Positions 47,335-59,829 of a stretch of DNA of 64,000 nucleotides are shown one piece after another. The stretch spans positions 37,721,090 to 37,785,089 of the forward strand of contig NC_083435.1 of the NCBI RefSeq assembly GCF_020745735.1, in the 5' to 3' direction. Position numbers and translations under genes: made by a program. Within the stretch, counting starts at the first letter, position 1; each line of letters opens with the position of its first letter. Below the pieces are notes generated by a model that did not search any database, had not been told where the DNA came from, and was given only the letters and a program-made list of their open reading frames with translations. Source of the DNA: Hemiscyllium ocellatum. Its lineage: Eukaryota.

Positions 47335-48781
47335 ATGTCATGTATAGACAGGATAGAACAAATGAACCCTTAGGTGAGTATAAAGGCAGTAGGAGTGTAC
47401 TTAAGAGGGAAATCAGGAGGGCAAAACGGGGATATGAGATAGCTTTGACAAATAGGGTTAAGGAGAATCCAAAGGGGTTTACAAATACATTAAGGACTAA
47501 AGGGTAACTAGGGAGAGAATAGGGCCCCTCAAAGATCAGCAAGGTGGCCTTTGTGTGGAGCCGCATGAGATGGGGGAGATACTAAATGAGTATTTTGCAT
47601 CAGTGTTTACTGTGGGAAAGGATATGGAAGATATAGACTGTAGGAAACATGTTGAAAATGTCCATATTACAGAGGAGGAAGTGCTGCATGTCTTGAAACA
47701 CATGAAAGTGGATAAATCCCCAGTACCCTAGAACTCTGTGGGAAGCTAGGGAAGTGATTGGTGGGCTTTTTGATGAGATATTTGTATCATCAATAGTCAC
47801 TGGTGAGGTGCCAGAAGACTGGAGGTTGGCAAACGTGGTGCCACTGTTTAAGAAGGGTGGTAAGGACAAGCCAGGGAACTAATGATTGGTGAGCCTGACT
47901 TCAGTGGTGGGCAAGTTATTGGAGGGAATCCTGAGGGACAGGATGTACATTTATTTGAAAAGGCAAGGACTGATTAGGGATAGTCAACATAGCTTTTTGA
48001 AGAAGTAACAAAGAGGATTGATGAGGGCAGAGCGATGGACATGATCTATATGGACTTCAGTAAGGCATTTGACAAGGTTCCCTGTGGGAGACTGATTAGC
48101 AAGGTTAGATCTCATGGAATACAGGGAGAACTAGCCATTTGGATACAGAACTGGCTCAAAGGTAGAAGACAGAGGGTGGTGGTGGAGGGTTGTTTTTCAG
48201 ACTGGAGGCCTGTGACCAGTGGAGTGCCACAAGGATTGGTGCTGGGTCCTCTACTTTTCATCATTTAGATAAATGTTTTGGATGTGAGCATAAGCGATAC
48301 AGTTAGTAAGTTTGTAGATGACAACAAAATTGGAGGTGTAGTGGATACCAAAGAAGGTTACCTCAGATTACAACGGGATATTGACCACATGGGCCAGTGG
48401 GCTGAGAAGTGGCAGATGGAGTCTAATTCAGATAAATGTGAGGTGCTGCATTTTGGGAAAGCAAATCTTAGCAGAACTTGTACACTTAATGGTAAGGTCC
48501 TAGGGAGTGTTGCTGAATAAAGAGACCTTAGAGTACAGGTTCATAGCTCCTTGAAAGTGGAGTCACAGGCAGATAGGACAGTGAAGAAGGTGTTTGATAT
48601 GCTTTCCTTTATTGGTCAGAGTATTGAGTACAGGAGTTGGGAGGTCATGTTGCAGCTGTACAGGACATTGATTAGGCCACTGTTGGAATATTGCATGCAA
48701 TTCTGGTCTCCTTCCTATTGGAAAGATGTTGTGAAACTTGAAAGGGTTCAGAAACGATTTACAAAGATGTTATCAAGGTTG
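47335..48781 (+). mobile_element. CR1 LINE (host copy), RT region; continues at 50553-51272
   Basis: [24 protein letters not shown] and KFVDDNK; breaks at TRMLP and resumes as GLEGLSY at 50553. Confidence 0.88.
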
Positions 48782-50552
48782 CGTATGTGAGAAACATGAG
48801 AATGACAAGAACGAGGGTAGATCCGATCAAGGACAGTAGTGGGAGATTGTGTATTGAGTTGGAAGAGATAGGAGAGGTCTTGAACAATTACTTTTCTTCA
48901 GTATTTATGAACGAGAGGGACCGTATTGTTGAAGAGGAGAGTGTGAAACGGACTGGTAAGCTAGAAGAGATACTTGTTAGGAAGGAAGATGTGTTGGACA
49001 TTTTGAACAACTTGAGGATAGACAAGTCCCCCGGGCCTGATGGGATATATCCTAGGATTATGTGGGAAGCAAGAGAGGAAATTACAGTACCGTTGGCAAT
49101 GATCTTTTCGTCTTCACTGTCAACAGGGGGTAGTACCAGGGGACTGGAGAGTAGCGAATGTTGTGCCCCTGTTCAAAAAAGGGAATAGGGATAACCCCGG
49201 GAATTACAGGCCAGTTAGTCTTACTTCTGTGGTAGGCAAAGTAATGGAAAGGGTACTGAGGATTTATGAGTATCTGGAAAGACACTGCTTGATCAGGGAC
49301 AGCCAGCACGGATTTGTGAAGGGTAGGTCTTGCCTTACAAGTCTTATTGAATTCTTTGAGGAGGTGACCAAGCATATGGATGAGGGTAGAGCAGTGGATG
49401 TAGTGTACATGGATTTTAGTAAGACATTTGATAAGGTTCCCCATGGTAGACTTATGCGGAAAGTCAGGAGGCATGAGATAGAGGGAAACTTGGCCAATTG
49501 GATAGAAAACTGGCTAACCGGTCGAAGTCAGAGAGTGGTGGTAGATGGTAAATATTCAGCCTGGAGCCCAGTTACAAGTGGAGTTCCGCAGGGATCAGTT
49601 CTGGGTCCTCTGCTGTTTGTAATTTTTATTAATGACTTGGAAGAGGGAGTCGAAGGGTGGGTCAGTAAATTTGCAGATGATACGAAGATTGTTGGAGTTG
49701 TGGACAGTGAGGAGGGCTGTTGTCGTTTGCAAAGGGACTTAGATATGATGCAGAGCTGGGCTGAGGAGTGGCAGATGGAGTTCAACCCTGTCAAGTGTGA
49801 GGTTGTCCATTTTGGAAGAACAAATAAGAATGCGGAATACAGGGTTAACGGTAGGGTTCTTAGTCAGGTGGAGGAACAGAGGGATCTTGGGGTCTATGTA
49901 CATAGATCTTTGAAAGTTGCCACTCAGGTGGATAGAGCTTGTAAGAAGGTCTATGGTGTATTAGCGTTCATTAGCAGAGGGATTGAATTCAAGAGTCGTG
50001 AAGTGATGTTGCAACTGTACAGGACTTTGGTTAGGCCACATTTGGAGTACTGTGTGCAGTTCTGGTCGCCTCACTTTAGGAAAGATGTGGAAGCTTTGGA
50101 GAGGGTGCAGAGAAGATTTACCAGGATGTTGCCTGGAATGGAGAATAGGTCGTACTAGGATAGATTGAGAGTGCTAGGCCTTTTCTCATTGGAACGGCGA
50201 AGGATGAGGGGTGACTTGATAGAGGTTTATAAGATGATCAGAGGAATAGATAGAGTAGACAGTCAGAAACTTTTTCCCCAGGTACAACTGAGTGTTACAA
50301 GGGGACATAAATTTAAGGTGAAGGGTGGAAGGTATAGGGGAGATGTCAGGGGTGGGTTCTTTACCCAGAGAGTGGTGGGGGCATGGAATGCGCTGCCCGT
50401 GGGAGTGGTAGAGTCAGAATCATTGGCGACCTTTAAGCGGCAATTGGATAGGTACATGGATGGGTGCTTAATCTAGGATAGATGTTCGGCACAACATCGT
50501 GGGCCGACGGGGCCTGTTCTGTGCTGTATTGTTCTATGTTCTATGTTCTATG
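48782..50552 (+). mobile_element. Younger CR1 LINE nested in the previous copy
   Basis: ORF 49163-50158 with [32 protein letters not shown] and KFADDTK; one in-frame stop at 50156-50158; (TTCTATG)n tail. Confidence 0.95.
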
Positions 50553-51272
50553 TTGGAGGGTTTGAGCTATAGGGGGAGGCTGAACACATTGGGGCTGTTT
50601 TCCCTGGAGCATCGGAGGCTGAGGGGTGACCCCAGGTGACCTCACCAGGGCGGCACGGTGACTCAGTGGTTAGCACTGCTGCCTCACAGCATCAGGGTCC
50701 CAGGTTCAATTCCAGCCTCTGGCAACTGTCTGTGTGGAGTTTGCACATTCTCCCCGTGTCTGCGTGGGTTTCCTCTGAGTGCTCCGGTTTCCTCCCACAG
50801 TCCAAAGATGTGCAGGTTAGGGGAATTGGGTGGGTTGCTTTTCAGAGGGTCGGTGTTGACTTGTTGGGCCGAAGGGCCTATTCCCACATGTAGGGAATCT
50901 AATCTAATGTTATAGAGGTTTATAAAAGTGTGAGGAGCATGGATATGATAAATAGACAAAGTCTTTTCCCTGGGGTTGGGGAGTCCAGAACTAGAGGGCG
51001 TAGGTTTAGGGTGAGAGGGGAAAGATATAAAAGGGACCTAAGGGGCAACGTTTTCACACAGAGGCGGGTACATGTATGGAATGAGCTGCCAGAGGAAGTG
51101 GTGGAGGCTGGTACAATTACAACATTTAAAAGGGCTCTGATGGGTATATGAATAGGAAGGGTTTGGAAGGATATGGGCCAAGTGCTGGCAGATTGGGTTG
51201 GGATATCTGGTCGGCATGGACGGGTTGAACTGAAGGGTCTGTTTCCGTGCTGTACATCTCTATGACTCTATG
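50553..51272 (+). mobile_element. 3' remainder of the host CR1 (split by the SINE)
   Basis: GESRTRGRRFRVRGERYKRDLRG; (CTCTATGA)n tail. Confidence 0.88.
50648..50908 (+). mobile_element. HE1-like SINE nested in the host CR1
   Basis: GGGCGGCACGGTGACTCAGTGGTTAGC head and (AATCT)n tail; CR1 resumes TTATAGAGG at 50910. Confidence 0.9.
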
Positions 51273-51537
51273 AGGCGGAAAGACCCACTGTTGTAATACT
51301 GAACATAGAGAAACTTATTGTTGTAAATCTGAGCCCCCAGAGGATATACAGTGCCCACTGTGGGATCAAAAACTGTAATAGCAAGTTCACAGAGGGTGTT
51401 ACTAATGTAATGATGGGTGCAAATGTGTGTCAGGGACTATAATTCTGAGCCATCAGAGAAATTTACTCCAATGCTGAACCCATTGATTACCTTTCTCCCT
51501 TAAAAATTTGATTTATTTCCCTGTTTGTCTTTGACAG

Positions 51538-51813
51538 GAATGCACATTTTGCAATGGATAAGGAATGTTGAGGTGTCTGAAGATGGCTCCATTAAGAGAA
51601 CAATGAGTGTTGCCTTTGATGGAAAGGACTACATTAGTTTGGAGTCAGACAGAATGCGATGGGTCGCATCACATCACAGCGCAGTGAAGACTAAACAGAA
51701 ATGGGATTCTGATGAATCCTGGAACAAGTTTTGGAAATGGCTGATGGAAGTTGAACTTGTTGAGCGTTTAAAATCACGCTTAAGCATTGGAAAGGAATAT
51801 CTTAAAAGGAAAG
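51538..51813 (+). CDS. Paralog B: exon 3 (alpha2), lacking both canonical cysteines
   Basis: Acceptor TTGACAG and donor GTGTGT; 276 nt; GMHILQW...AFDGKDYISL...TKQKW...LSIGKEYLKRK. Confidence 0.95.
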
Positions 51814-51922
51814 GTGTGTATTTCAGTTTTGTTCTAATCTAACCTCACTGATCTATGAAACCGTTATCCCATTCCATTCAGGGTCTGTCTGTTGTTTGTG
51901 TTTTCCCCCTTTCCCATCACAG

Positions 51923-52201
51923 TTCAGCCTGAAGTGTACATCTCCAGAAGGGAGCCCAATCGTCAGGACAAGCAGCTCACTCTCTCCTGCCTGGTCACTG
52001 GGTTTTATCCTGTAGACATCGAGGTGACCTGGCTAAGGAATGGAGAGGTCATGTCTGAGACCCAATCTTCAGGGGTTCGACCGAACCACGATGGGACCCA
52101 TCAGATCCAGAAAGAGATTGAGATCAATGCTGGGGATGAGGATCAATACTCCTGTCAAATTGAACACAGCAGCCTGGCAGAGGCCCAGCTCTATCAGTGG
52201 G
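51923..52201 (+). CDS. Paralog B: exon 4 (alpha3, Ig C1-set)
   Basis: 279 nt; LSCLVTGFYPVDIEVTW...PNHDGTHQ...YSCQIEHSSL; GTAAG donor. Confidence 0.96.
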
Positions 52202-52964
52202 GTAAGGGACACTGCACTGGAAATGTGAGGCAGCAAGAGTGTGAGAGTACATGCATGACTGAGAAGGGAAGGTGAATGAGATACAGGCTGCAGTCACTAA
52301 TCCCAAGACACTGGCGAGTTCCTTGTTCTGTGTACAGCCCTTTAGAAATAGCCACCTATGAAGAATTATGAATCTTTGGAATTGTGCCCCCTATAGGTTT
52401 GTGAATGTTCCACTGCTGAATATATTTATGTCTGAGATGGACAGAGTTTGATGTCTCAGGGAATGAAGGGATCTGGGGAATAAGCAGGAAAGTGGGGTTA
52501 AGGCATGAAATGATCCAAGTTTGTATTGAAAGGTAGAGTAAGCAGATCTGGCTACTCCTGCTTCTACTTATCCTAATGAGAGAATGTAAACACGGAGAGA
52601 GCCTGAGGTTAAATCTCTGACATGTTACTGAACTAGAATTGAATACCTTGAGAATTTAGGTTTTCTAAACAATCAAACAAGAAAAGAAAGCTCGGTTCTT
52701 AAAGTTGGATCTAGTTATGGAAGTAAATGCTGGTGTTTATAAATATGGCTGAGCCCATTTAAATGATAAGAGGGACACAGGGAAAGTGTATTCTCGACAC
52801 GCAGATCTTATACTCACTTCCTTAAATCCTTTTGGAAGAATGACATTGCTGGTGAGATCAAGTGAAGCGACACTATGACAGCAGGTTCTGAAACACTCAC
52901 TGCCTCATCCACCTGACTCTCATTGTGTCTGTCAATGCACACTTGTTACCCTCCTACCCCATTG

Positions 52965-53290
52965 CCATGGGAGACGATGGCCTGTCACTATCACTGGATT
53001 GTGATTCCAAAGACCCAGGTAATGTTCTGAGGACCCGGGTTTGAAGCCTGCCACGGTAGATGGTGGAATTTGAATTTAATTCAAAACCTGAAAAAGGAGA
53101 TTGATGATGACCATGAATTCATTATCAATTGTCAGGAAAAACCTATCTGGTTCATTAATACCTTTTCGGGAAGGAAATCTGCCATCGTTACCTGGCCTAG
53201 ACTACACATGACTCCAGACCCATAGCAATGCCCATTGACTGGCTGGCCTATCTAGCAATGCCTTCATCCCATGGATGAATATAAAAACAA
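52965..53290 (+). mobile_element. tRNA-derived SINE of a second family
   Basis: B-box-like GGGTTTGAAGCC; body shared with 7880-8075; ends GGATGAATATAAAAA. Confidence 0.6.
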
Positions 53291-53379
53291 CCCTACCATC
53301 CCATCATGAACCCCATTATTTTATCATCATATTCATTTCTTTATCACCCTCTATCCCATTACCACCTCTACTTATTTGT

Positions 53380-53960
53380 ACCCGCTGCAGCACTGCTGTG
53401 TAGGTAATGGAGGGACTGAAAGATGAAGGGGGTGGATGGGATAACAATCAAGCTGACCGGTCTGTCAGGGATAGTGTTGAGATGCCTCAGTGTTATTGAA
53501 GCTGCACTCATCCAAGTAATTGGGGAGTATGCTACCACAGTGCTGTCTTATGACTAGCAGGGCAAGCGGTGGGGAGACAGAATGTGAGTTACTCATCGCA
53601 GAATTCCCAACCTCTGGCCTGCTGTTCAGCCACAGCATTGATATAACTGGTTCAGCTAAGATTCTGGTAAATGGTAACCCCAGGATGTTGGTGGTGAGAA
53701 ACGTAGTGATGGTCATGTCATTGAACATCAAGGAAACTGGTTGGATTATTGTTGGTGATGGACGTTGCTTGGCACTGGGTGGTATGAAGGTTACTTATCA
53801 CTTCCCACCCAGTCCTAAATAGGAACTAGGTTTTATTGCACATGCGCACGGATTCCTTCAGCACCTGGGGAGTTACCAATGAAACTGAATATTGTCCCTT
53901 AAAATTGAGGGAAGCTCATGGATGAAGCAGTTGAAGATGGTTGAACACCTTTAGCAACAG
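53380..53960 (-). mobile_element. L2/Crack-like LINE fragment
   Basis: Homologous to 8760-9200 (GCTGCACTCATCCAAGTAA.TGGGGAGTAT...GATGGTCATGTCATTGAACATCAAGG). Confidence 0.6.
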
Positions 53961-54499
53961 TTGCAGTGGAGAGTTTTCACTAATTAATGTTATCACTTTG
54001 CACAGTATCAAGTCCAGTCCAGTCTGCCCTCTGGTTAGCTAGTGAATGTGACATTCTAACCTGAAACGTTCTACAAACTCTCCATCTTGGCTCCCTTTGC
54101 CTACCTGACTTCTCATTGAGATCAAGATGGAAAACATTGTACCTGGCAGAACAGCAAGGCAGCTTTCAGTATAATTCTGAGTGGATACAAGGAACTTGCT
54201 TCAGGCAATCATTTGGAAGTGTGGACAGAGTTTAAACCCACAAATGTTGCTTTACCAGACCGACACCTTATTAACTGGCTTCCTTTTGGTTAAGGTAGAG
54301 ATATTTGTGGGTCTTCCATACCATTTAGCTGTTTGCGATGAACCTTCATGATAGAGTATGTTAGGATTGCAGAGTTTGGATCTGATCTATTTATTACAGG
54401 AACATTTAGTCTGGCCTATCACATGATGATTACTCGGTTTGATGGGTAAGTTGTGGCTTCACTTGGTTGACACCTGTTTTAGACTTAGCGGGTGTTGCT

Positions 54500-55010
54500 C
54501 CTGACCTGCCCTTCTGTAGCCTCGTCAGATCTCTGTGATAAGGAATTCCACAGATTCACTGCCTTCTGGGAGACAAAAGACCTCGTCATCTCTACTTTAA
54601 ATGCACAACCAATTCTAAAAATATATATTCTGGTCTAAGCTCTCTCCGAAGGAGAAATCATCTTTCTGCATCTACTTTGTCAAGTCCATCAAAATCTTGC
54701 GTATTTCCAGAAGGTCACCTCTCATTCTCCTAAATTCCAATGAGTACGTGTCCAACCAACTCAATACCTACTCATGAAACAGTCACTCAATACCTGGTGT
54801 CAGCCTAGGGAACCTTCTTTGGACTGTTTTATATCTCCCCTTAGATAGGGGACAAAAAACTGACCACGGTATTCCAGTCGTGACTTGAATACTGCCTTGT
54901 ACAACTTTAGCAAAACCTCCTGACCTTTCCACTCCGTTCCCTTTGAACAACATCCAGCCTTTGAAACCAACACCCCGTGTGTCTTCCCTGTCACTCACTG
55001 AACTAGGCTG
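54500..55010 (-). mobile_element. Degraded CR1 fragment
   Basis: Minus strand KLYKAVFKSRLEY.GQF..PYLR. Confidence 0.7.
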
Positions 55011-55120
55011 GTCATTTTTTTTTGTGATTTATACATGAGGATTTATACTGTAGCTTTCTGCAGTCTTTCTCTATTTACATAATATTCAATTCCCACAGCA
55101 GCAAGAACAGAAAACTAGTC

Positions 55121-55540
55121 AGTGCAGCACTCCCTCAGTACTGGCCCACTGACAGTGCGGCACTCCCTCAGTACTGACCCTCTGACAGTGCAACACCTCC
55201 ATCCATCAGTACTGACATTCCATCAATGCAGCACTCCCTCAATACTGACCCTCCAACGGTGCGGCACTCCTTCAGTACTGACCCTCCAACAGAGCGGAAC
55301 TCGCTCAGTACTGACCCTACAACAGTGTGGCACTCCCTCAGTACTGACCCTCCAACGGTGTAGCACTCCCTCAGTACTGACCCTCCAACGGTGCGGTACT
55401 TGCTCAGTACTGACCCTCCAACAGTGCAGCACTCCCTCAGAATAGTGCAACATTGCCTGAGTATGTCCCCTCCAACAGCTCCATGGACAGTGCCTCAGCA
55501 TTGCTCCCCCAGCCACTGAGCAGTGCAGCACTCCCTCAGA
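55121..55540. repeat. 33-bp minisatellite (CAGTACTGACCCTCCAACAGTGCAGCACTCCCT)
   Basis: About 10 recognisable tandem units, then degenerate. Confidence 0.9.
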
Positions 55541-55863
55541 GCAGTAATGGAGTGACAGCCGAGCTGCTCAAGTCTTGAATGCCTTAATTGCTATGTCCCT
55601 AACCTCTCTCTGCCCTTGCAGTACATTATCGGTTTGTGAACAGGTTGGGGATTGATTTTTATCATGGTGTTTGTGTGAAGAGCTAACCTGTGTTTCAGTT
55701 GAAATAGAGATGCTTTCAGTCAGTATACTGTCCATGTGGAAATATCAGTCATGTTGATCCTGAGGTTGTATAACATCTTCCTGGATCAAACTAGACCAAC
55801 AGAACACTGAAAATATATTGTAGATCAGAGAAACAATCCTGATATTATTCAATTATGTTTCAG

Positions 55864-55983
55864 AAATTCCAAAAAATAGTGTGGGATACCTTCATCTCGG
55901 AATCTTAACCGGGTCAACAATCAGTGCATTATCTGTTCTTGTCGGGATAATTGGAATACTTATCTGGAAACAGCCATGGAGAG
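55864..55983 (+). CDS. Paralog B: exon 5 (connecting peptide and transmembrane)
   Basis: Acceptor ATGTTTCAG and donor GTAAG; 120 nt, phase 1/1; EIPKNSVGYLHLGILTGSTISALSVLVGIIGILIWKQPWR. Confidence 0.85.
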
Positions 55984-56921
55984 GTAAGACTCAGAGAGAG
56001 AGAGAGAGAGAGAGAGAGTGGGGGGTAATGTGGAATTGTGAGGACAGAGTGAGTCAATTGACCGTGTGTAATATGGCGATGTGAAATGTATAATCAAAGC
56101 AAACATCGATGGTGTGTTGGTCTTTATTGCAAGGGGATTTGATAACAGGGGTAAGGAAATGCTGATACAATTGGAGAGCTGCAGTTCTGGAGTATTGGGT
56201 GTAATTTTGTTTTCCCTACCGAGGACAGAATAAACTTGCCATTGAGTGAGCACAGTGAAGGCTCAGCATCCTGCTGCATTCCGATTGCTGGGATTATTTT
56301 AAGACCCAGTTGGGGGCAGCTACATTGATTATCATGCTGCATGTCCCACAGGCCATCAGGAACTGGATGGCATCCCAGCGGAACCAGGAAAAGGATCATC
56401 GAGCCAATGTGACTGCTACACAGGAGAAACTCAATTCTCAACAGTTTTTGTCATTAATACTAAAATATCTCTATTTATTGTAACAACTTTTATAAAATGC
56501 AAGAAAAAAAATTATAATTTGGTACGATATGATGAAAACTTTGTTTAAAAATAACTAAATAGATCCACCCCCATTCCTAATTAGTACCCAGACTAAATAG
56601 ATCCACCCCCATTCCTGATTAGTACCCAGAATAAAAGCAAAGCATGTGACACAGATGTTATGGGTGGAAAGGAACATACAAAGGGGTAAACAAAATTCCA
56701 TGTGGCAAAACGTCCAGGCATCAAAGGTGGGTGTATGTGTGTCTCAGAGTTCCTGTCAATTATTGATTATTCGCACTGATCACTTCCGACTGTCTGTAAA
56801 GCAGTGGACATGTTTCACTTCGATAGTTGCTCTAGTGAACTTCGGTCTTTTCTTGTTACCATTCTTTTAACTGTTCTTGGTTTTACTGACTTGCACATAC
56901 AGACGTTGAATTTAACAATTC

Positions 56922-57266
56922 CAGGCAGACAATCCTTTATCCGAAACCCTCTGGACCAGCTGTGTTTCGGATTTCAGAATTTTTTGGATAAAGGATTAAA
57001 TGACATTTTCATAGTAAAAATAAAAAAATTTACCGAACAGCAGACACATGTGTGATGACTATGAACACAGAGAGAGAATTGACGCCTGCCTATGCTGGGC
57101 TGTGCTGCTACACTATGCCTGAGTGATGTGGGTCGAGTGGGTCTGGTGTTGTGTTAACTGTTTGCACACCAAACAACGTCGATAATGAGAAAACAAGTTC
57201 AGGAAAAAACTTTGGATTTCAGAGCTTTTTGGATTTCGGGATTTCAGACAAAGGATTGTCAATCTG
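56922..57266. mobile_element. Tc1/mariner (pogo/Tigger-type) MITE
   Basis: TIRs CAGGCAGACAATCCTTTATCCGAAA and TTTCAGACAAAGGATTGTCAATCTG, followed by TA on the right. Confidence 0.7.
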
Positions 57267-57611
57267 TAGAATATGGAATGAGGCTTTAATTCTATTCCTT
57301 TTGAAATGAACTTGAGTACATGGCCATTTTAACACCATATTAAACTGTGTGGCAACATCTAATGAAAAATGTTCCTCTACCTGATTTGGCCCTTATTATC
57401 CAAACTGTAAATGGTTTCCTTATTCCTCTTACCCAGTTTCACTCTGTTACGCATATCTATGTTGAAATCCATTTGCCAATTAAGTTCACATTCTTCAAGT
57501 TTATTAATTCCTTGTATTTCTTTTCTTCCTTAATTTTAAGTATTTTCTCTAAGTGAGTTTCATTGCATGTGTGTTTTGCCTCTAAAAGCCCTCAAACCCC
57601 TGGGAAGATAC

Positions 57612-58233
57612 TGTTGCAACATGGGGTAAACCCCTCTGCTAACTTAAACCAGCAACACAGAAAAGATTCACACTGTGCTATAATCTGTTAAAATTCGAGA
57701 GGCAAAGAATTATCCTCAAAGTCATTGTTCTTTAAGTCTTACAGAGAATATTAAAACTAATAACTATTGACAACTCTTTTACCTCCCACTCTACAATACT
57801 AGTCCAATTAAAAAAAGGATTATGATTTACAAAAAAGAAAGTAACCACGTTTCAAAACCAGTCAGCTGCATACACTCCCACAGACAGGTACCTTTCAGAG
57901 AGCTCTTCAGCTAGTAGTCTGCATTTGTTGGTCTTTGGCATTTATCCCTCTAACTGTTCAAAAATGTCTGGTTTTAAACCCAAAACATCAGATTGTTTCA
58001 TTGGTTTTAATATTATCAAGGTACTAAATTTGATTGGATTTCGGTAACTTGGGGCATAGTTTAAACCGATTGGCTGAATTTGAGTCTGTTTTTGTTTCAT
58101 GGCAAACCATCTGCTGCTATTTGTTTCAACCTAGTGTTACATTGTTACCGTGTTCAGAACTTTGTGCTTTGTCAGTGCTTGCTGGCTTTTCAACTCTCTT
58201 AGAGGTACAGTTCGCCTCTACACCTTCCTAACA
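57612..58233. mobile_element. Probable solo LTR
   Basis: TGTTG...TAACA termini; flanks ATAC/ATAT (4-bp TSD with one mismatch). Confidence 0.45.
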
Positions 58234-58249
58234 ATATAATTACAGATGA

Positions 58250-58680
58250 TTATTCAAAGAAGGGTCATCTGCATACTTGAGAGGGAGAGAGAGGAAGAGG
58301 ATATGTTCGCGAATGTGGAAAGGATTATTACCCAAGGTAGAAATCCATTGAATTGAAGGCAAATTACTGACATGGATTGGAAATTGGTTGAGTGGCTGGA
58401 AATAGAGGGTTGGAGTAATGGACAAGTATTCAAAGTGGTGTCCTGCAGGGAGCTCTGTTGGAGTCTCATTTATTCACAATAACGATAAACCACTTGCCAT
58501 TAAAAGTCAAATATTTACATTTGTGGATGACACACAATTGGGCATTATTGTAGATAGTGTTGACCACAGCATAAAATTGCATCATGATATTGATAGATTC
58601 GGTGATTGGGCAAAGCTGTGGCAGATGAATTTTTATTTAAGCAAGTGTGAGGTTCTCCGTTTCATACCAAGAAAGGACTT
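58250..58680 (+). mobile_element. Old CR1 RT fragment
   Basis: TFVDDTQLG..VDS...LHHDIDRFGDWAKLWQMNF..SKCEVL. Confidence 0.75.
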
Positions 58681-58995
58681 AACCAACCGCAACATGTCTT
58701 TTCCAATGAGGTGAGAGGCATAGGGCCCATTAGCTGGACTGCATGAGCTTCTCCACAATGATTGTTGTTTAATTCCCTCACCGGCTTAAAGGAGGGATGG
58801 TACCGGGGGCTGCTGAGCATGGAGACTGCTGGTGGTGGTCAGTGAGTAACCAGGGAGGAAGGAGAACAAGTCAAGTAGGCTATGGTTGACTCGAGGAGGA
58901 ATACCAGACATCAGCTAGTGCTTGCAAAACATTTCTCAGCTTCAATTTGTCTGCAAGTTTCCTATATTAATTACATCTTTCATTTACAATATGCA

Positions 58996-59302
58996 GATTA
59001 GATTAGATTACTTACAGTATGGAAACAGGCCCTTCGGCCCAACAAGTCCACACCGACCCGCCGAAGCGCAACCCACCCATACCCCTACATTTACCCCTTA
59101 CCTAACACTACGGGCAATTTAGCATGGCCAATTCACCTGACCCGCACATCTTTGTGACTGTGGGAGGAAACCGGAGCACCCGGAGGAAACCCACGCAGAC
59201 AATGTGCAAACTCCACACAGTCAGTCGCCTGAGGCGGGAATTGAACCCAGGTCCCTGGCGCTGTGAGGCAGCAGTGCTAACCACTGTGCCACCGTGCCGC
59301 CC
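58996..59302 (-). mobile_element. HE1-like SINE, full length
   Basis: Nearly the same sequence as 18244-18536. Confidence 0.92.
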
Positions 59303-59829
59303 CACGGAGACCCTTCAGCTACAACTAAGGCATGATGATAGTCTCTTCATTTATATGTTGTTGACACATTTTATTCTGACCTTGCAAGAAAGATTCCAGT
59401 TAACGTTTAGTGTAACTTACTGCAAGTTTGTTTAAATTATATTTACTTCATTCACGTTGTCAGCTTGATGCTACTATTAAAATCTTTAATCTGAAACTGA
59501 AAAATTATATGTCTGAAACGACAAGTTAAATTAAACTGTATGAACAATGAGCCAAGTGTTCTCAACAGCCTAAACATTCAGACAGATTGTGGTTCGATAT
59601 TATTAACTCTGCTACGCCTCCTTTCACTTCACGTCTACTGGCCTTAGTCATGAAGCATCCATGTGAAAAATTATCAAAGGCCTTTAGCAAATCCAAATAG
59701 TGCATTAGTCTTACCTCCATTTTATAAACAAAAGACACAGGCGCAGCAGTATGTCATTGGGCTAATCTGACTGTGTCCTCAATTCCAAACCTACTCCCAA
59801 TAACTCCCTGTTGGTCAAAAATAAATTGA

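Noticed and set aside
49163-50158. 331-aa RT ORF as an active or domesticated gene
   Set aside because: 5'-truncated CR1 copy with an upstream frameshift and a premature stop; ordinary retroelement.
21970-55540. Tandem arrays as CRISPR-like repeats
   Set aside because: The units abut with no unique spacers, there are no cas genes and the context is vertebrate.
55984-56084. Read-through extension of the TM exon (GKTQRERERE...)
   Set aside because: A consensus GTAAG donor precedes it and the extension is an (AG)n microsatellite; more likely intron.
20701-56629. Short tandem duplications (41 bp at 20701-20782; 38 bp at 56554-56629; also 14 bp near 7606-7642, outside this span)
   Set aside because: Ordinary slippage or repair duplications with no evident function.
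5753-59302. tRNA genes
   Set aside because: All A/B-box sequences are SINE heads continuing into SINE bodies; no cloverleaf or acceptor stem.
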